The notes under the pieces were generated by a model. The model ran no database searches. It saw nothing but the letters and a program-made list of their open reading frames with translations, and had not been told where the DNA came from. Source: a virus (Duplodnaviria > Caudoviricetes). Taken from it: a stretch of 30,013 nt of DNA. Position 1 is the stretch's first letter. Each line of letters starts with the position of its first letter. The stretch is from positions 1 through 30,013 of IMG/VR virus record IMGVR_UViG_3300043393_000115. One strand, written 5' to 3'. Of this stretch, positions 1-8,297 are shown in pieces. The translations under genes were made by a program, and so were the position numbers.

Positions 1-40
1 TAGTAAAAGTATAGGGATATTAAAATCGGAGATTAGTGCT

Positions 41-214
41 TTATTCAGTGAAAAAATCTTTAAAGTCACTCTTTAAAATACGAATTTTCTCTTGAATTTT
101 GCATGCGAAATTATATAAGTAGTCATCATTTATTGATGCCATAATTGCACCTTCGCAATTATCTATGAGCTCTTGCATAACAAATAGAATATCTTCTTTT
201 GAAATTTCTTTCAT
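41..214 (-). CDS. hypothetical protein, 57 aa (MKEISKEDILFVMQELIDNCEG...), not in ORF track
   Basis: Read by hand: ATG at 214, TAA at 41-43, AAGGTG upstream; continues the leftward operon. Confidence 0.6.
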   Translation of the reverse strand: MKEISKEDILFVMQELIDNCEGAIMASINDDYLYNFACKIQEKIRILKSDFKDFFTE

Positions 215-280
215 TCAATCACCTTTAATACTTCAGATTGTTGGTTATAATAAAGTAGCTGATTATCATAATTTATGTCC

Positions 281-511
281 CTATAAACCTCGTTCGCATT
301 TTTCGCACACTAAATTTTCAAGATCGCACCCATAACAATAATTTGTCCACTTGTGCTCGCAATAGTTATTTATTAGGAATAGGATTTTCTTAATTAATTT
401 ATTATGATTTTTTTTAGAGCAAAGTTGAGGCCATGATAAACCCATTCCATATTTATAAAGTTCACCCCACGCGCCTATCATTTGCAACTCTTCTTTCGTA
501 AAGTCATTCAT
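281..511 (-). CDS. hypothetical phage protein with Cys/His-rich C-terminus
   Basis: ORF packed 2 nt from its neighbour; CEH...C...CxxC pattern. Confidence 0.7.
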   Translation of the reverse strand: MNDFTKEELQMIGAWGELYKYGMGLSWPQLCSKKNHNKLIKKILFLINNYCEHKWTNYCYGCDLENLVCEKCERGL

Positions 512-513
512 CT

Positions 514-771
514 TTATAAAGCCTCATATTCAATATTTCCAAACAATGAAGGGTCTTCTAGTGCCATTTTAATTACACAAGGATAGCAAGCAAGGATGAT
601 TTCTCTACCTAAGCAAGATTGAAAAGCAAGGAAGCCTTTCTTCTTTTCAGAAAGCCACATTTTACTTTTACACTTTGGGCACTTGCGTAAATCCGATTTA
701 GAGTGCTCATCCGGTGGTTTTGGATAATCTGAAAGGGGAGGACAAAATACCATAGCAGCTTTATTGTTCAT
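514..771 (-). CDS. hypothetical zinc-finger-like protein
   Basis: CPKC and CYPC pairs; AGGT RBS. Confidence 0.7.
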   Translation of the reverse strand: MNNKAAMVFCPPLSDYPKPPDEHSKSDLRKCPKCKSKMWLSEKKKGFLAFQSCLGREIILACYPCVIKMALEDPSLFGNIEYEAL

Positions 772-789
772 TAATTACCTACTTTAAAA

Positions 790-1023
790 TCAGTCATCTA
801 ATGCCTCTTCCCATTTATCAACATATAAATCTAGCAAACCCCTTAATCCTGGACGTATTCCCCATTCGTGCTCAGGCTGATCGCTAAGAACATATCTATA
901 GAATTTCTCTAGTAAATAGTCTGGATGCATTTCGTTGGATAGAATTATACCTGCCTCTTCTCCTAAAACTATTAGTAGAAAACACACTATATTCTCAACT
1001 TGGTCTTTCTTATTCATCTTCAT
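790..1023 (-). CDS. hypothetical protein
   Basis: ORF overlapping the upstream gene end in a dense operon. Confidence 0.7.
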   Translation of the reverse strand: MKMNKKDQVENIVCFLLIVLGEEAGIILSNEMHPDYLLEKFYRYVLSDQPEHEWGIRPGLRGLLDLYVDKWEEALDD

Positions 1024-1204
1024 ATCCTATAGTTTTTTTCAATATTTTTACATACTGCTCTCTGATAGAGTCAAGAAGATCATAATATGCTTGATTAATG
1101 TTTGTTTTGCCTGATTGCCACATTATTGGATATCGGATTGCTTCAATTTGACCCAATAAAAACATCATATCTTGACGTAACTTTTGATTTTCGTAGTCAA
1201 TCAT
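1010..1204 (-). CDS. hypothetical protein
   Basis: ATGA coupling with the upstream ORF; GAGG RBS. Confidence 0.7.
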   Translation of the reverse strand: MIDYENQKLRQDMMFLLGQIEAIRYPIMWQSGKTNINQAYYDLLDSIREQYVKILKKTIGYEDE

Positions 1205-1365
1205 TCCTCATCCTCTTCTAACAATCTATCTAAAGCTAATAAACAACCCTTATACCCAACCTGATATCCGCATTCAAAACTCGCGGGATTTTCTTCTACA
1301 AGCTTTGGTAGTTTTGATGCTATCTCTGCAAAGCCTTCATCTATGAATGTTTGTATTTGTTTCAT
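1201..1365 (-). CDS. hypothetical protein, 54 aa (MKQIQTFIDEGFAEIASKLPK...), not in ORF track
   Basis: Fills the gap exactly, with ATGA overlaps at both ends. Confidence 0.75.
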   Translation of the reverse strand: MKQIQTFIDEGFAEIASKLPKLVEENPASFECGYQVGYKGCLLALDRLLEEDEE

Positions 1366-1607
1366 TCTTGAGATAGTCCCATTTTTTTTAATATTTTTAT
1401 ATATTCGGGATCTATATCACTTTTATCTAAAAGATCATTTATTTTCTTTTGTAATACATAATTTCTTATGTAAGACCTATTCACTTCTTTCCTGGTTTCA
1501 AAATAAATAGAAACCCACAAAATAGTACATACAAATACAATAAATGGATTAAGAATCGTGAAAATATTAACTAAGTAATAGTAAAATTGCCCTATTGTAT
1601 CAATCAT
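1362..1607 (-). CDS. hypothetical single-pass membrane protein (start MIDTIGQF)
   Basis: AAGGAATAAAATG start context; hydrophobic segment IFTILNPFIVFVCTILWVSIYF. Confidence 0.7.
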   Translation of the reverse strand: MIDTIGQFYYYLVNIFTILNPFIVFVCTILWVSIYFETRKEVNRSYIRNYVLQKKINDLLDKSDIDPEYIKILKKMGLSQE

Positions 1608-1963
1608 TTTATTCCTTCTTTTTGGTAAATTTATAATCAATATTTTCTTCATAGAATTTTATTAATCCAACTAAATAAGCAAAATGAAAAAGTGCCGAAA
1701 AATATCCATATTTCATGCCTTTTATATAAATAAATTTCTGGTCTTCGTTGTTAAGCTCTTCAATATTTTCCTGTCCTTCCCAGATGAAGTTAGTTTCTGA
1801 TAAGTTAGTCAATATTCCTTTTAAATATTCATCCAGGTCCTTATTCGACATTACTCCGTCATGACAGGAAGAACAATATATAGCTGCACCCTCATCTATC
1901 AAGATATTTTTTTTGCAAACCTCGCAGGTTGCGGTAATCGATATATCAATCATTTTATTCCTT
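1598..1963. repeat. 20-bp perfect direct repeat TATCAATCATTTTATTCCTT at 1598-1617 and 1944-1963
   Basis: Seen directly; each copy spans the RBS, the upstream stop codon and the ATG of a gene junction. Confidence 0.9.
1609..1953 (-). CDS. hypothetical protein with N-terminal zinc ribbon (start MIDISITATCEVC)
   Basis: CEVC...CSSC; AAGGA RBS. Confidence 0.7.
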   Translation of the reverse strand: MIDISITATCEVCKKNILIDEGAAIYCSSCHDGVMSNKDLDEYLKGILTNLSETNFIWEGQENIEELNNEDQKFIYIKGMKYGYFSALFHFAYLVGLIKFYEENIDYKFTKKKE

Positions 1964-2797
1964 ATCTGCCAACCTATTAAGCTTCGATATAAAGTCATCA
2001 GCCTGTATTTCTGATAACTGTCCTAGTGTATCAACTTTGTAATGCTCAAGCGCGGATTTTAATCTCTCTGGATCGAAAACTTTAACTGCCATTAGAGCAT
2101 GCACTTCTTTCAGTTGTTCAGGATTGGCCAGATTATCGGCTTCTACTGTAGGTTCCATTTCTATGATTTGACCTTTTGCGGATTTTAGTTTGTCCATTAG
2201 ACTCTTGGATTTATTGAGTACTTTATTATCTTTTGGTGGATCACTATAGTCCAAAACTTCTTCTTCTGTTTTTATTCCTCTTAATGCATCTGAGAAAGTA
2301 TCTCTTATACAAAATCCCCGGGCTCTCATTTGCAACATCCTTTCAGGATATTGCTTCCATGGTCCTTGCCTATCCCATAATTGTGCTTGTTTTGCTGAAC
2401 CTACGCTGAAAGTTACGGTGTGGGGCTCATGATTTTTTCTTTTTATGACACAGACTGCAGATTTTTTATCTCCTGAGTGCTCTAATATTTCTTCTTTTAT
2501 CCACTCAAAATCTTTATGTCCTTGAACAACAGCTAGAAGACCGTCTCCATACATACATGGCTTTCCATTGATAACAGCAATGTCTTGTATTGCTTGCATC
2601 ATAGGTATTCCAATTTGAAGCCCCATTTCCATGGCTATTAATATATCAGCAGGCTTACCCTGCATTCCCTTTGGCACCATAGAAGATTTAGATAAAGATT
2701 CGGCAACTTTCATATAATGTGTAAAATTATCTTTGGATAGAAGGCTTTGCCCTATGTGTTCTTCTCGCGTCTGCATATTAATTATTTCGCTACTCAT
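1955..2797 (-). CDS. recT: RecT-family single-strand annealing protein
   Basis: VPKGMQGKPADILIAMEMG...IAVINGKP...WKQYPERMLQMRARGFCIRDTFSDALRG signature; adjacent to the exonuclease. Confidence 0.85.
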   Translation of the reverse strand: MSSEIINMQTREEHIGQSLLSKDNFTHYMKVAESLSKSSMVPKGMQGKPADILIAMEMGLQIGIPMMQAIQDIAVINGKPCMYGDGLLAVVQGHKDFEWIKEEILEHSGDKKSAVCVIKRKNHEPHTVTFSVGSAKQAQLWDRQGPWKQYPERMLQMRARGFCIRDTFSDALRGIKTEEEVLDYSDPPKDNKVLNKSKSLMDKLKSAKGQIIEMEPTVEADNLANPEQLKEVHALMAVKVFDPERLKSALEHYKVDTLGQLSEIQADDFISKLNRLADKE

Positions 2798-3627
2798 GCT
2801 GCTTCCTCCTCAACTACATTATTTCCCCACTCTGGGAATTCTAATTCTTGAACGGGATATCCTGGCCATTTGTTAGAATCCATGCATTCTTTAAGTTTTC
2901 TCTTATATCTATTGAATTGGTCTATGCCTTTTTGTAATGCTGTATCGCCCATAATAAAAACACGTGGAAAATAAGGGGCTTCTTTCTCGCATGCAAGGAT
3001 AGTAAACACCTCAAAAGGTCTTCCAATTGCTTTTGCGGCTTCATAGGCCATAGCTGCCTGTAGATAGTATCCATACGTTATGGCCGATCTGGTAAATGCT
3101 CCTGTACTTAAATCAGTTGTAGTTTTTAAATCAACTATCATTTTTGATGACCAGATATCAGGGCGTGTTTTAAACTGTATTCCTGTTTCTTCGTCAGTCC
3201 AGAAAATAGATTGCTCAAATACTGAATCTGCTAATAATGTTTGAACGATTTCATCCTGGCTTACCAGTGAAACCATACGACTTACCTTTGTGTATTGCTC
3301 ATCAGTTAATACAATCTTACCTTCGCTTTCATTTAAAAATGCATCAAACTCTTCTTTACCCTGCTTAGTTCTTCTATCTACTTTAGGAGACACACAAAAT
3401 TCATTGTTGAACTTAGCTGGCTCAAGTAGCAGCGTATGAAAAGCACTTCCTATATTCATAGCTGGTGTTGATTCTTTTTTATCTGCCTCTCCTGATAAAA
3501 ACTCATACCAATAATGGTATGGACTCTTATTAAAAAGCATTAGCTTGCTTCGTGAAATACCATGGCTCTTATGGTACTCATTATTAGTTATGTCATAGAC
3601 ACCATTTTGATAAATTAGCTCACTCAT
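2794..3627 (-). CDS. recE: RecE/exonuclease VIII-like PD-(D/E)XK nuclease (start MSELIY)
   Basis: YH...ISRS, GSAFHTLLLEP, KTRPD...IVDLKTT, YYLQAAM motifs; GGAG RBS before ATG 3627. Confidence 0.88.
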   Translation of the reverse strand: MSELIYQNGVYDITNNEYHKSHGISRSKLMLFNKSPYHYWYEFLSGEADKKESTPAMNIGSAFHTLLLEPAKFNNEFCVSPKVDRRTKQGKEEFDAFLNESEGKIVLTDEQYTKVSRMVSLVSQDEIVQTLLADSVFEQSIFWTDEETGIQFKTRPDIWSSKMIVDLKTTTDLSTGAFTRSAITYGYYLQAAMAYEAAKAIGRPFEVFTILACEKEAPYFPRVFIMGDTALQKGIDQFNRYKRKLKECMDSNKWPGYPVQELEFPEWGNNVVEEEAA

Positions 3628-3655
3628 ATTGCATTCTCCAGTTAAAACACGCATA

Positions 3656-3695
3656 GTATATAGCAATAGTTGCACTATAGCAATAATTGCTATAG
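3656..3695 (-). promoter_or_regulatory. leftward early promoter with palindromic operator, copy 1
   Basis: Minus strand TTGCTA-N17-TATACT; palindrome CTATAGCAAT-A-ATTGCTATAG at 3675-3695. Confidence 0.75.
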
Positions 3696-3726
3696 TTTAA
3701 TTTACATCTTTTACGAAAGGGGTTTT

Positions 3727-3924
3727 ATGAAACCGGATGACGTCAAAAAGTATTATCGCAGCACTTACAATTTCATGAAAGAAACGGGAATTTCTAGCTC
3801 AACTTTGTGTAACTGGTTGCGATTGGGATTTGTTCCTAAGAATTCGCAGTACAGACTTGAACACATTACCAAGGGAGAATTAAAAACGCAGTGGAGTGAA
3901 AACGGTTCCAATGAGGTAAAATAG
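3727..3924 (+). CDS. Cro-like helix-turn-helix regulator (start MKPDDV)
   Basis: 65 aa; GISSSTLCNW...VP...QYRLEHITKGELK Cro-like pattern; divergent position. Confidence 0.78.
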   Translation: MKPDDVKKYYRSTYNFMKETGISSSTLCNWLRLGFVPKNSQYRLEHITKGELKTQWSENGSNEVK

Positions 3925-3957
3925 CGGTTGTATTGTAACCGTGAAAAGGAGTTTGTA

Positions 3958-4137
3958 ATGCAAGTAGACCTATTTAACAAATCAGAAGAATTATTAAAAA
4001 TACTAGCTAACTCAATACATGACCGCGATGTTAAAGCCCAGAATGATTTTTGTTTTAATGTCGCGGAGCTTAATGCCGCAGAGCAATTCTTATCAGAGTT
4101 TATCAGGGAGTTACAAAAAGATTGTATCTGTTTGTAG
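3958..4137 (+). CDS. hypothetical protein (start MQVDLF)
   Basis: AAGGAG RBS before ATG 3958. Confidence 0.7.
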   Translation: MQVDLFNKSEELLKILANSIHDRDVKAQNDFCFNVAELNAAEQFLSEFIRELQKDCICL

Positions 4138-4169
4138 ATTGCATAAGGATTTTTATAATATAAACTAGT

Positions 4170-4213
4170 AAAAAAGCCCGCAAAGTGGAGGCACATGACG
4201 GGCTTTTCATTTT
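4170..4213. terminator. possible bidirectional terminator or attenuator hairpin
   Basis: AAAAGCCCG...CGGGCTTTT inverted repeat with a large loop and a T tail. Confidence 0.5.
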
Positions 4214-4283
4214 AGGTCTTATCTTAACGAGAGTTACATAACTAGACAGCTTACGAGCCACTAATCAACGGGAGAATTATAAC

Positions 4284-4652
4284 ATGCAAGATACATCAAT
4301 GACAGAATGTGAAGACAGTAAAAAACAATTTATCAACGAATTTTTTATAAAAGTTCATATTGAGAGAGCCGCTCAAGGCTTAGATAGTGAATTTTCTATA
4401 AAATATGGGCTGGATATGGCCTTTATGCTGGCTCTCCTGGAAAACCAATATAATAGGGATGGCGCACAAAATAATCTAATCACGGAAAATGGAAAGCGAT
4501 ATTGCAAAATTGTTGTGGCGGATTTTTTAAATGCTGCCCCGCTCTGGAAAAAAGAAACCGCTTTTCAGATAATTTTAGATATGATAAATAGTGATTTTAT
4601 CGAAGTCACCGGAAATATAAACCAAGAGGAATTAATGTATAAGGGGAAATAA
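4284..4652 (+). CDS. putative winged-helix protein resembling N-termini of phage replication proteins
   Basis: GGGAG RBS; KYGLDMAFML...NGKRY...PLWKKET...IEVTGN pattern, judged by eye. Confidence 0.55.
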   Translation: MQDTSMTECEDSKKQFINEFFIKVHIERAAQGLDSEFSIKYGLDMAFMLALLENQYNRDGAQNNLITENGKRYCKIVVADFLNAAPLWKKETAFQIILDMINSDFIEVTGNINQEELMYKGK

Positions 4653-4816
4653 ATTAGGGCATCCGGCCCTCAGCCTAATCTGTTACAAGCAAATTAGGTA
4701 CATCCTACAAAAGTACTGTCGACACGACACAAAATGGAGGGCTTACACCCAGAATGTTTACACACCCAATCTTTCCACTTCACATTCATACTTCAATTTA
4801 CGAGGAAAATTATACC

Positions 4817-5812
4817 ATGAAAAGCACTAAAAGAAACATAAACAAAGAAATTCTTGAATTATTTTCAGGTCAAAAAAACACAGTCACTATTCCTAAGTTC
4901 TATATACAAATAACAGGCAGCTACGCAAAAGCAAATGTCTTAAATCAAATCATCTATTGGTCCAATAAATCTGACGCAGACGAGGAGTTTTTTTATAAAA
5001 CATACGAGGAATGGACCAACGAAATACACCTAAGTGAACGAACCGTGCGCAGATATTTAACAGAATTTGAAAATGAATCCTGGATATTAACTAAAGTAAA
5101 AAAAGTAAAAGGTTTGAACATAAAGCACATAAAACCGAATTTTGACAAGATAATTGGTTCAATACATGACTATCTGGATAACGATTGCCCCAACCGGCCA
5201 ACTTGTCTGGATGGAAAAAAAAACCAACAGGTTTCCTGTGCAATTATTGCCCCAACCGGCCAACTTGACCGTTCGGAACCGGCCAACTTGACCGCTTCTT
5301 CTATATATACAGATGAATACATACAAATAAATAAACCCCCTACCCCCTTAACGGGGGGTAACATCAAAACCCAGTCTTTTGGGTTTCAGGATATGATCAG
5401 CGATAACCCACACGAAATCCCAGAGCAAACTCTCAAGGACTGGATAATCGTTAGGAATAAGAAACGCGCTCCCATTACCTCAACTGCTTGGACTAGGTTG
5501 CAAAAAACGCTAACTGAAATTAAAACCGAGAAGGGTGTTTCTCCAATTGAGGCTTTTGAAACGATGGTTTCGAGTGGCTGGCAATCGGTGAAAGTTGAAT
5601 ATTTTGCAAAAAGTATAAACTATGAAAAAATAAAACTAGAAGCAGAAGATCGCGCCAGAAAAATTGAAGAGCACTCCAAACAACTAGCGGTGGACAACTT
5701 CAACAAAAAAAACGACGGGATTGTTTACAAAGACTTAATGAAAAAACTCAGCGAAAAATCGTCAAATGAGCTTAATTCCATGAAAAGAATTTTAAATATG
5801 AAAGTCGCATAA
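4817..5812 (+). CDS. phage replication initiator, O-like (start MKSTKRN)
   Basis: SGQKNTVTIP...VLNQIIYWS...FYKTYEEW...LSERTVRR wHTH, internal iterons, PPTPL linker, W...RNKKRAPIT C-domain. Confidence 0.85.
   Translation: MKSTKRNINKEILELFSGQKNTVTIPKFYIQITGSYAKANVLNQIIYWSNKSDADEEFFYKTYEEWTNEIHLSERTVRRYLTEFENESWILTKVKKVKGLNIKHIKPNFDKIIGSIHDYLDNDCPNRPTCLDGKKNQQVSCAIIAPTGQLDRSEPANLTASSIYTDEYIQINKPPTPLTGGNIKTQSFGFQDMISDNPHEIPEQTLKDWIIVRNKKRAPITSTAWTRLQKTLTEIKTEKGVSPIEAFETMVSSGWQSVKVEYFAKSINYEKIKLEAEDRARKIEEHSKQLAVDNFNKKNDGIVYKDLMKKLSEKSSNELNSMKRILNMKVA
5184..5294 (+). repeat. iterons of the putative replication origin
   Basis: AACCGGCCAACTTG three times (5192, 5254, 5277); 22-bp identity between 5184-5205 and 5246-5267; AT-rich tract follows. 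Confidence 0.85.
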
Positions 5813-5921
5813 AGACCCATGGTTAATAGAAAAAAATTTTTGCTACAATTGGGTAATCATGACCAGAAAGTCGCCCTAAACGAAAATTTGGAAGATTTAG
5901 AGGTATATTCGAGGGCTATTT

Positions 5922-6146
5922 GTGCCGACAAATGATGAATGCAAGAAAATCATAAGGAAATTATCTTGGAAATTTGGAGTATCTCCAAATGCTATAACTA
6001 CCACTTTCTTGAGTGCAGATGACAAACTCGATATGATTAACGGCGATTTAGATGAAAAAGACCTGGAATCAGCTATAAACGTGTGGATTCATAACGGCAT
6101 GCCAGATGTTGCGCATGGCAGTATTGAGCCAAAAAATTTAGATTAA
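5922..6146 (+). CDS. hypothetical protein
   Basis: GTG start with GAGGG RBS. Confidence 0.7.
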   Translation: MPTNDECKKIIRKLSWKFGVSPNAITTTFLSADDKLDMINGDLDEKDLESAINVWIHNGMPDVAHGSIEPKNLD

Positions 6147-6163
6147 CGAATATGGATATTTTT

Positions 6164-6361
6164 ATGCAAACTGGAAAAGTGAAGTGGTTCAATGATGCGA
6201 AAGGGTACGGATTCATTGCCTCTGAGGGAAAAGAATATTTTGTGCATTTTAAGGAAATTCAGTGTGAAGGATTTAAATCTTTGACTGAGGGCCAGAGTGT
6301 AAAATTTACCCCGGCAGCCTCTCCAAAAGGTGCTCTTGCTACGAAAGTAGATTTAGACTAA
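6164..6361 (+). CDS. cspA: cold-shock domain protein (CspA family RNA chaperone)
   Basis: GKVKWFN, RNP1 KGYGFI, RNP2 YFVHF, GFKSLTEGQSV. Confidence 0.95.
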   Translation: MQTGKVKWFNDAKGYGFIASEGKEYFVHFKEIQCEGFKSLTEGQSVKFTPAASPKGALATKVDLD

Positions 6362-6555
6362 GTCACATGCAAGATAAAAATTATAGCTAGCGTGATTACC
6401 CACATCGCAATAGTTATTAACGTATTGGCCTGAAGGTCCCTTATTTCTTGTTTAATCTTTTGTATTTCGTCATGCAAAATAAAGGTATTTACCTGCACTA
6501 GAGTTTTTTCCTGGACAGAAACTTGGCCCCCATATTCTTTTTCAAAACTCTTCAT
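6358..6555 (-). CDS. hypothetical coiled-coil protein with C-terminal TM helix
   Basis: Hydrophobic end LITIAMWVITLAIIFIL; packed operon. Confidence 0.65.
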   Translation of the reverse strand: MKSFEKEYGGQVSVQEKTLVQVNTFILHDEIQKIKQEIRDLQANTLITIAMWVITLAIIFILHVT

Positions 6556-6556
6556 A

Positions 6557-6739
6557 TTACGCCCTTTTTTTATTAATCATTTGCATATGGCTAATTGCAG
6601 ATAACCTCGCAATTCCTTCTGATTCAAAAACCTCAGCATCACTTTCTGGGTAAAGAGGCTCCATTAATCCGCGGTCGGTAGAATACAGTAAATAAATAAA
6701 CCCATCACTTCTTTTGAAAATCTCATACTCATAGTCCAC
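6557..6739 (-). CDS. hypothetical protein
   Basis: GTG start with GGAGG upstream; packed operon. Confidence 0.65.
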   Translation of the reverse strand: MDYEYEIFKRSDGFIYLLYSTDRGLMEPLYPESDAEVFESEGIARLSAISHMQMINKKRA

Positions 6740-6742
6740 GCA

Positions 6743-6934
6743 CTACCCTCCTATCACTCTTAGTTTATCTATGTGTTCAGCCCTTATCTCTCCTTTTTGG
6801 TCTTTGATAAGAGCGTAGCCCATCGTGTAATCAGAAACCAAAATCGTCACTAACTCCATTAAATGCCCGGAAGGGTTTATATTTATCAAATACCCCTCCC
6901 GAGGACTAAATCTTTTTATTGTTTCATGCTGCAT
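6743..6934 (-). CDS. hypothetical protein
   Basis: ORF in a packed leftward operon. Confidence 0.65.
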   Translation of the reverse strand: MQHETIKRFSPREGYLININPSGHLMELVTILVSDYTMGYALIKDQKGEIRAEHIDKLRVIGG

Positions 6935-6941
6935 ATATCAA

Positions 6942-7226
6942 TTACAACCTCTCGTATTGTCTTACAAAATTCTTACAAAACTTAGCAAAATTATCCATCG
7001 CATAGGGATGAATATTTCTTTCAAGCACACTTTCATTATCATCCCAGTCAAGCTCCATTTGCACGTCAAAACCGCCCTTTTTATTCTTGGTTATCCAGAG
7101 ATTATAATCTTCTCCTAGGAGATCAAGTACTGTTATCTCCGATAAGCTTTTAGGTATTATCGGTTGCTCTTCATCAAGATAACTTTCAAATAGAACTTCG
7201 TCTGTTATTCTACACGGCATGTTCAT
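6942..7226 (-). CDS. hypothetical protein
   Basis: GAGGAG RBS; ATGA overlap with the upstream gene. Confidence 0.75.
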   Translation of the reverse strand: MNMPCRITDEVLFESYLDEEQPIIPKSLSEITVLDLLGEDYNLWITKNKKGGFDVQMELDWDDNESVLERNIHPYAMDNFAKFCKNFVRQYERL

Positions 7227-7435
7227 TTTCGGTTCTCCTCGTAATCATCGATAAACATCTGTAACTTTCTAGATTCCTTTTCAAGTGCGTGAACAATATG
7301 TTGCAAAGTTTGTGTTCCACAATTTGATGTGTGCCTAAAACAGATGTCGCTACACAAGTACTCAATGGAAATAGAATGCTCGCATCCCTTTATGTGTGAA
7401 ATAGAGGACTCCTTTGTAGTAAATTCTAATCGCAT
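7223..7435 (-). CDS. hypothetical protein
   Basis: GGAG RBS; first gene after the duplicated promoter. Confidence 0.7.
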   Translation of the reverse strand: MRLEFTTKESSISHIKGCEHSISIEYLCSDICFRHTSNCGTQTLQHIVHALEKESRKLQMFIDDYEENRK

Positions 7436-7473
7436 TTTTTATTCTCCATTTTCTAGTTTGTTTACTCAAAGCA

Positions 7474-7511
7474 ATAATATAGCAATAGTTGCAATATAGC
7501 AATAATTGCTA
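7474..7511 (-). promoter_or_regulatory. leftward early promoter with palindromic operator, copy 2
   Basis: 7477-7511 matches 3658-3692 at 34 of 35 positions; minus strand TTGCTA-N17-TATTAT. Confidence 0.75.
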
Positions 7512-7555
7512 CAAAATAATTTACAACAATTTATTAACAGGATTTGCACCATTTT

Positions 7556-7564
7556 TGTGGATAA
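7556..7564 (-). promoter_or_regulatory. consensus DnaA box
   Basis: TGTGGATAA, the reverse complement of TTATCCACA, in intergenic DNA. Confidence 0.5.
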
Positions 7565-7624
7565 TTTATGATTGTGGTATGTTACAAACTATCAAATCAT
7601 AAATTATCACAGGGAGTGTACATT

Positions 7625-7801
7625 ATGAGCGAAGTCAAAGATTATTCATCCGAAAAAGAGTATACCCATTACAACGGCGTATCATCAATGTACGGTAAAA
7701 TAGTAGATGAACAGTGCCGTATGCAGCCTAAATATTGCATGCCTGGCGAAGTTGGTGGCGAAATGCAGGGTGAACGCAGTAATAAACAAGCTGGACCCTA
7801 G
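7625..7801 (+). CDS. hypothetical protein, first late-region gene (start MSEVKDY)
   Basis: AGGGAG RBS before ATG 7625. Confidence 0.7.
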   Translation: MSEVKDYSSEKEYTHYNGVSSMYGKIVDEQCRMQPKYCMPGEVGGEMQGERSNKQAGP

Positions 7802-7907
7802 TAAGTCTTTTAAAAGCACTGTGAATCAATTGGGCTAATTAACCGCGAAAGTTAGATGGCTCAGTTGATGAGAGTGCAATAATTAAACAAAAGGTGCTCA
7901 CACTAAA

Positions 7908-8297
7908 ATGAAAAAAGGTGGAATTCAGCCCAATCAAGTTTACAATGAAGGCGTTTGTGATATGGCCGTCAGTATTCTAGGTGCTGGTAAAAGTATTGCG
8001 CGCCTAGCCTCCTCCCTTGGCGTATGTCGTGAAACCATTTATGAGTGGCGAGAAAAACATCCAGAGTTTGATAAAGCCTTCAAACAAGGCAAAGAAGCAG
8101 CTCAAGCATATTGGGAAGACATCGGTGAAGATGGGGTTATGGGAATTACTAAGAACTTTTCCGCAAGCGCCTGGATTTTTACCATGAAAAACCGCTTTCG
8201 AGAAGACTATCGCGACGACAAGGACGACAAGAAAGATGATGCTGTTTCGGTTCTTGAAAAGATTATCAGCGGAGAGCTTAAAGTAAAGCATGATTGA
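7908..8297 (+). CDS. terS: terminase small subunit
   Basis: HTH LGVCRETIYEWREKHPEF and WIFTMKNRF motif; overlaps the terL start. Confidence 0.85.
   Translation: MKKGGIQPNQVYNEGVCDMAVSILGAGKSIARLASSLGVCRETIYEWREKHPEFDKAFKQGKEAAQAYWEDIGEDGVMGITKNFSASAWIFTMKNRFREDYRDDKDDKKDDAVSVLEKIISGELKVKHD

Noticed and set aside
3925-3941. CGGTTGTATTGTAACCG hairpin after cro as a nut boxB
   Set aside because: No boxA or GNRA-like loop, and no N-like gene identified.
5184-5294. Short repeats as a CRISPR array
   Set aside because: Only three copies, irregular spacing, inside the initiator ORF; they fit iterons.
5819-5935. 38-aa ORF MVNRKKFLLQLGNHDQ after the initiator
   Set aside because: No clear RBS or motif; cannot be supported.
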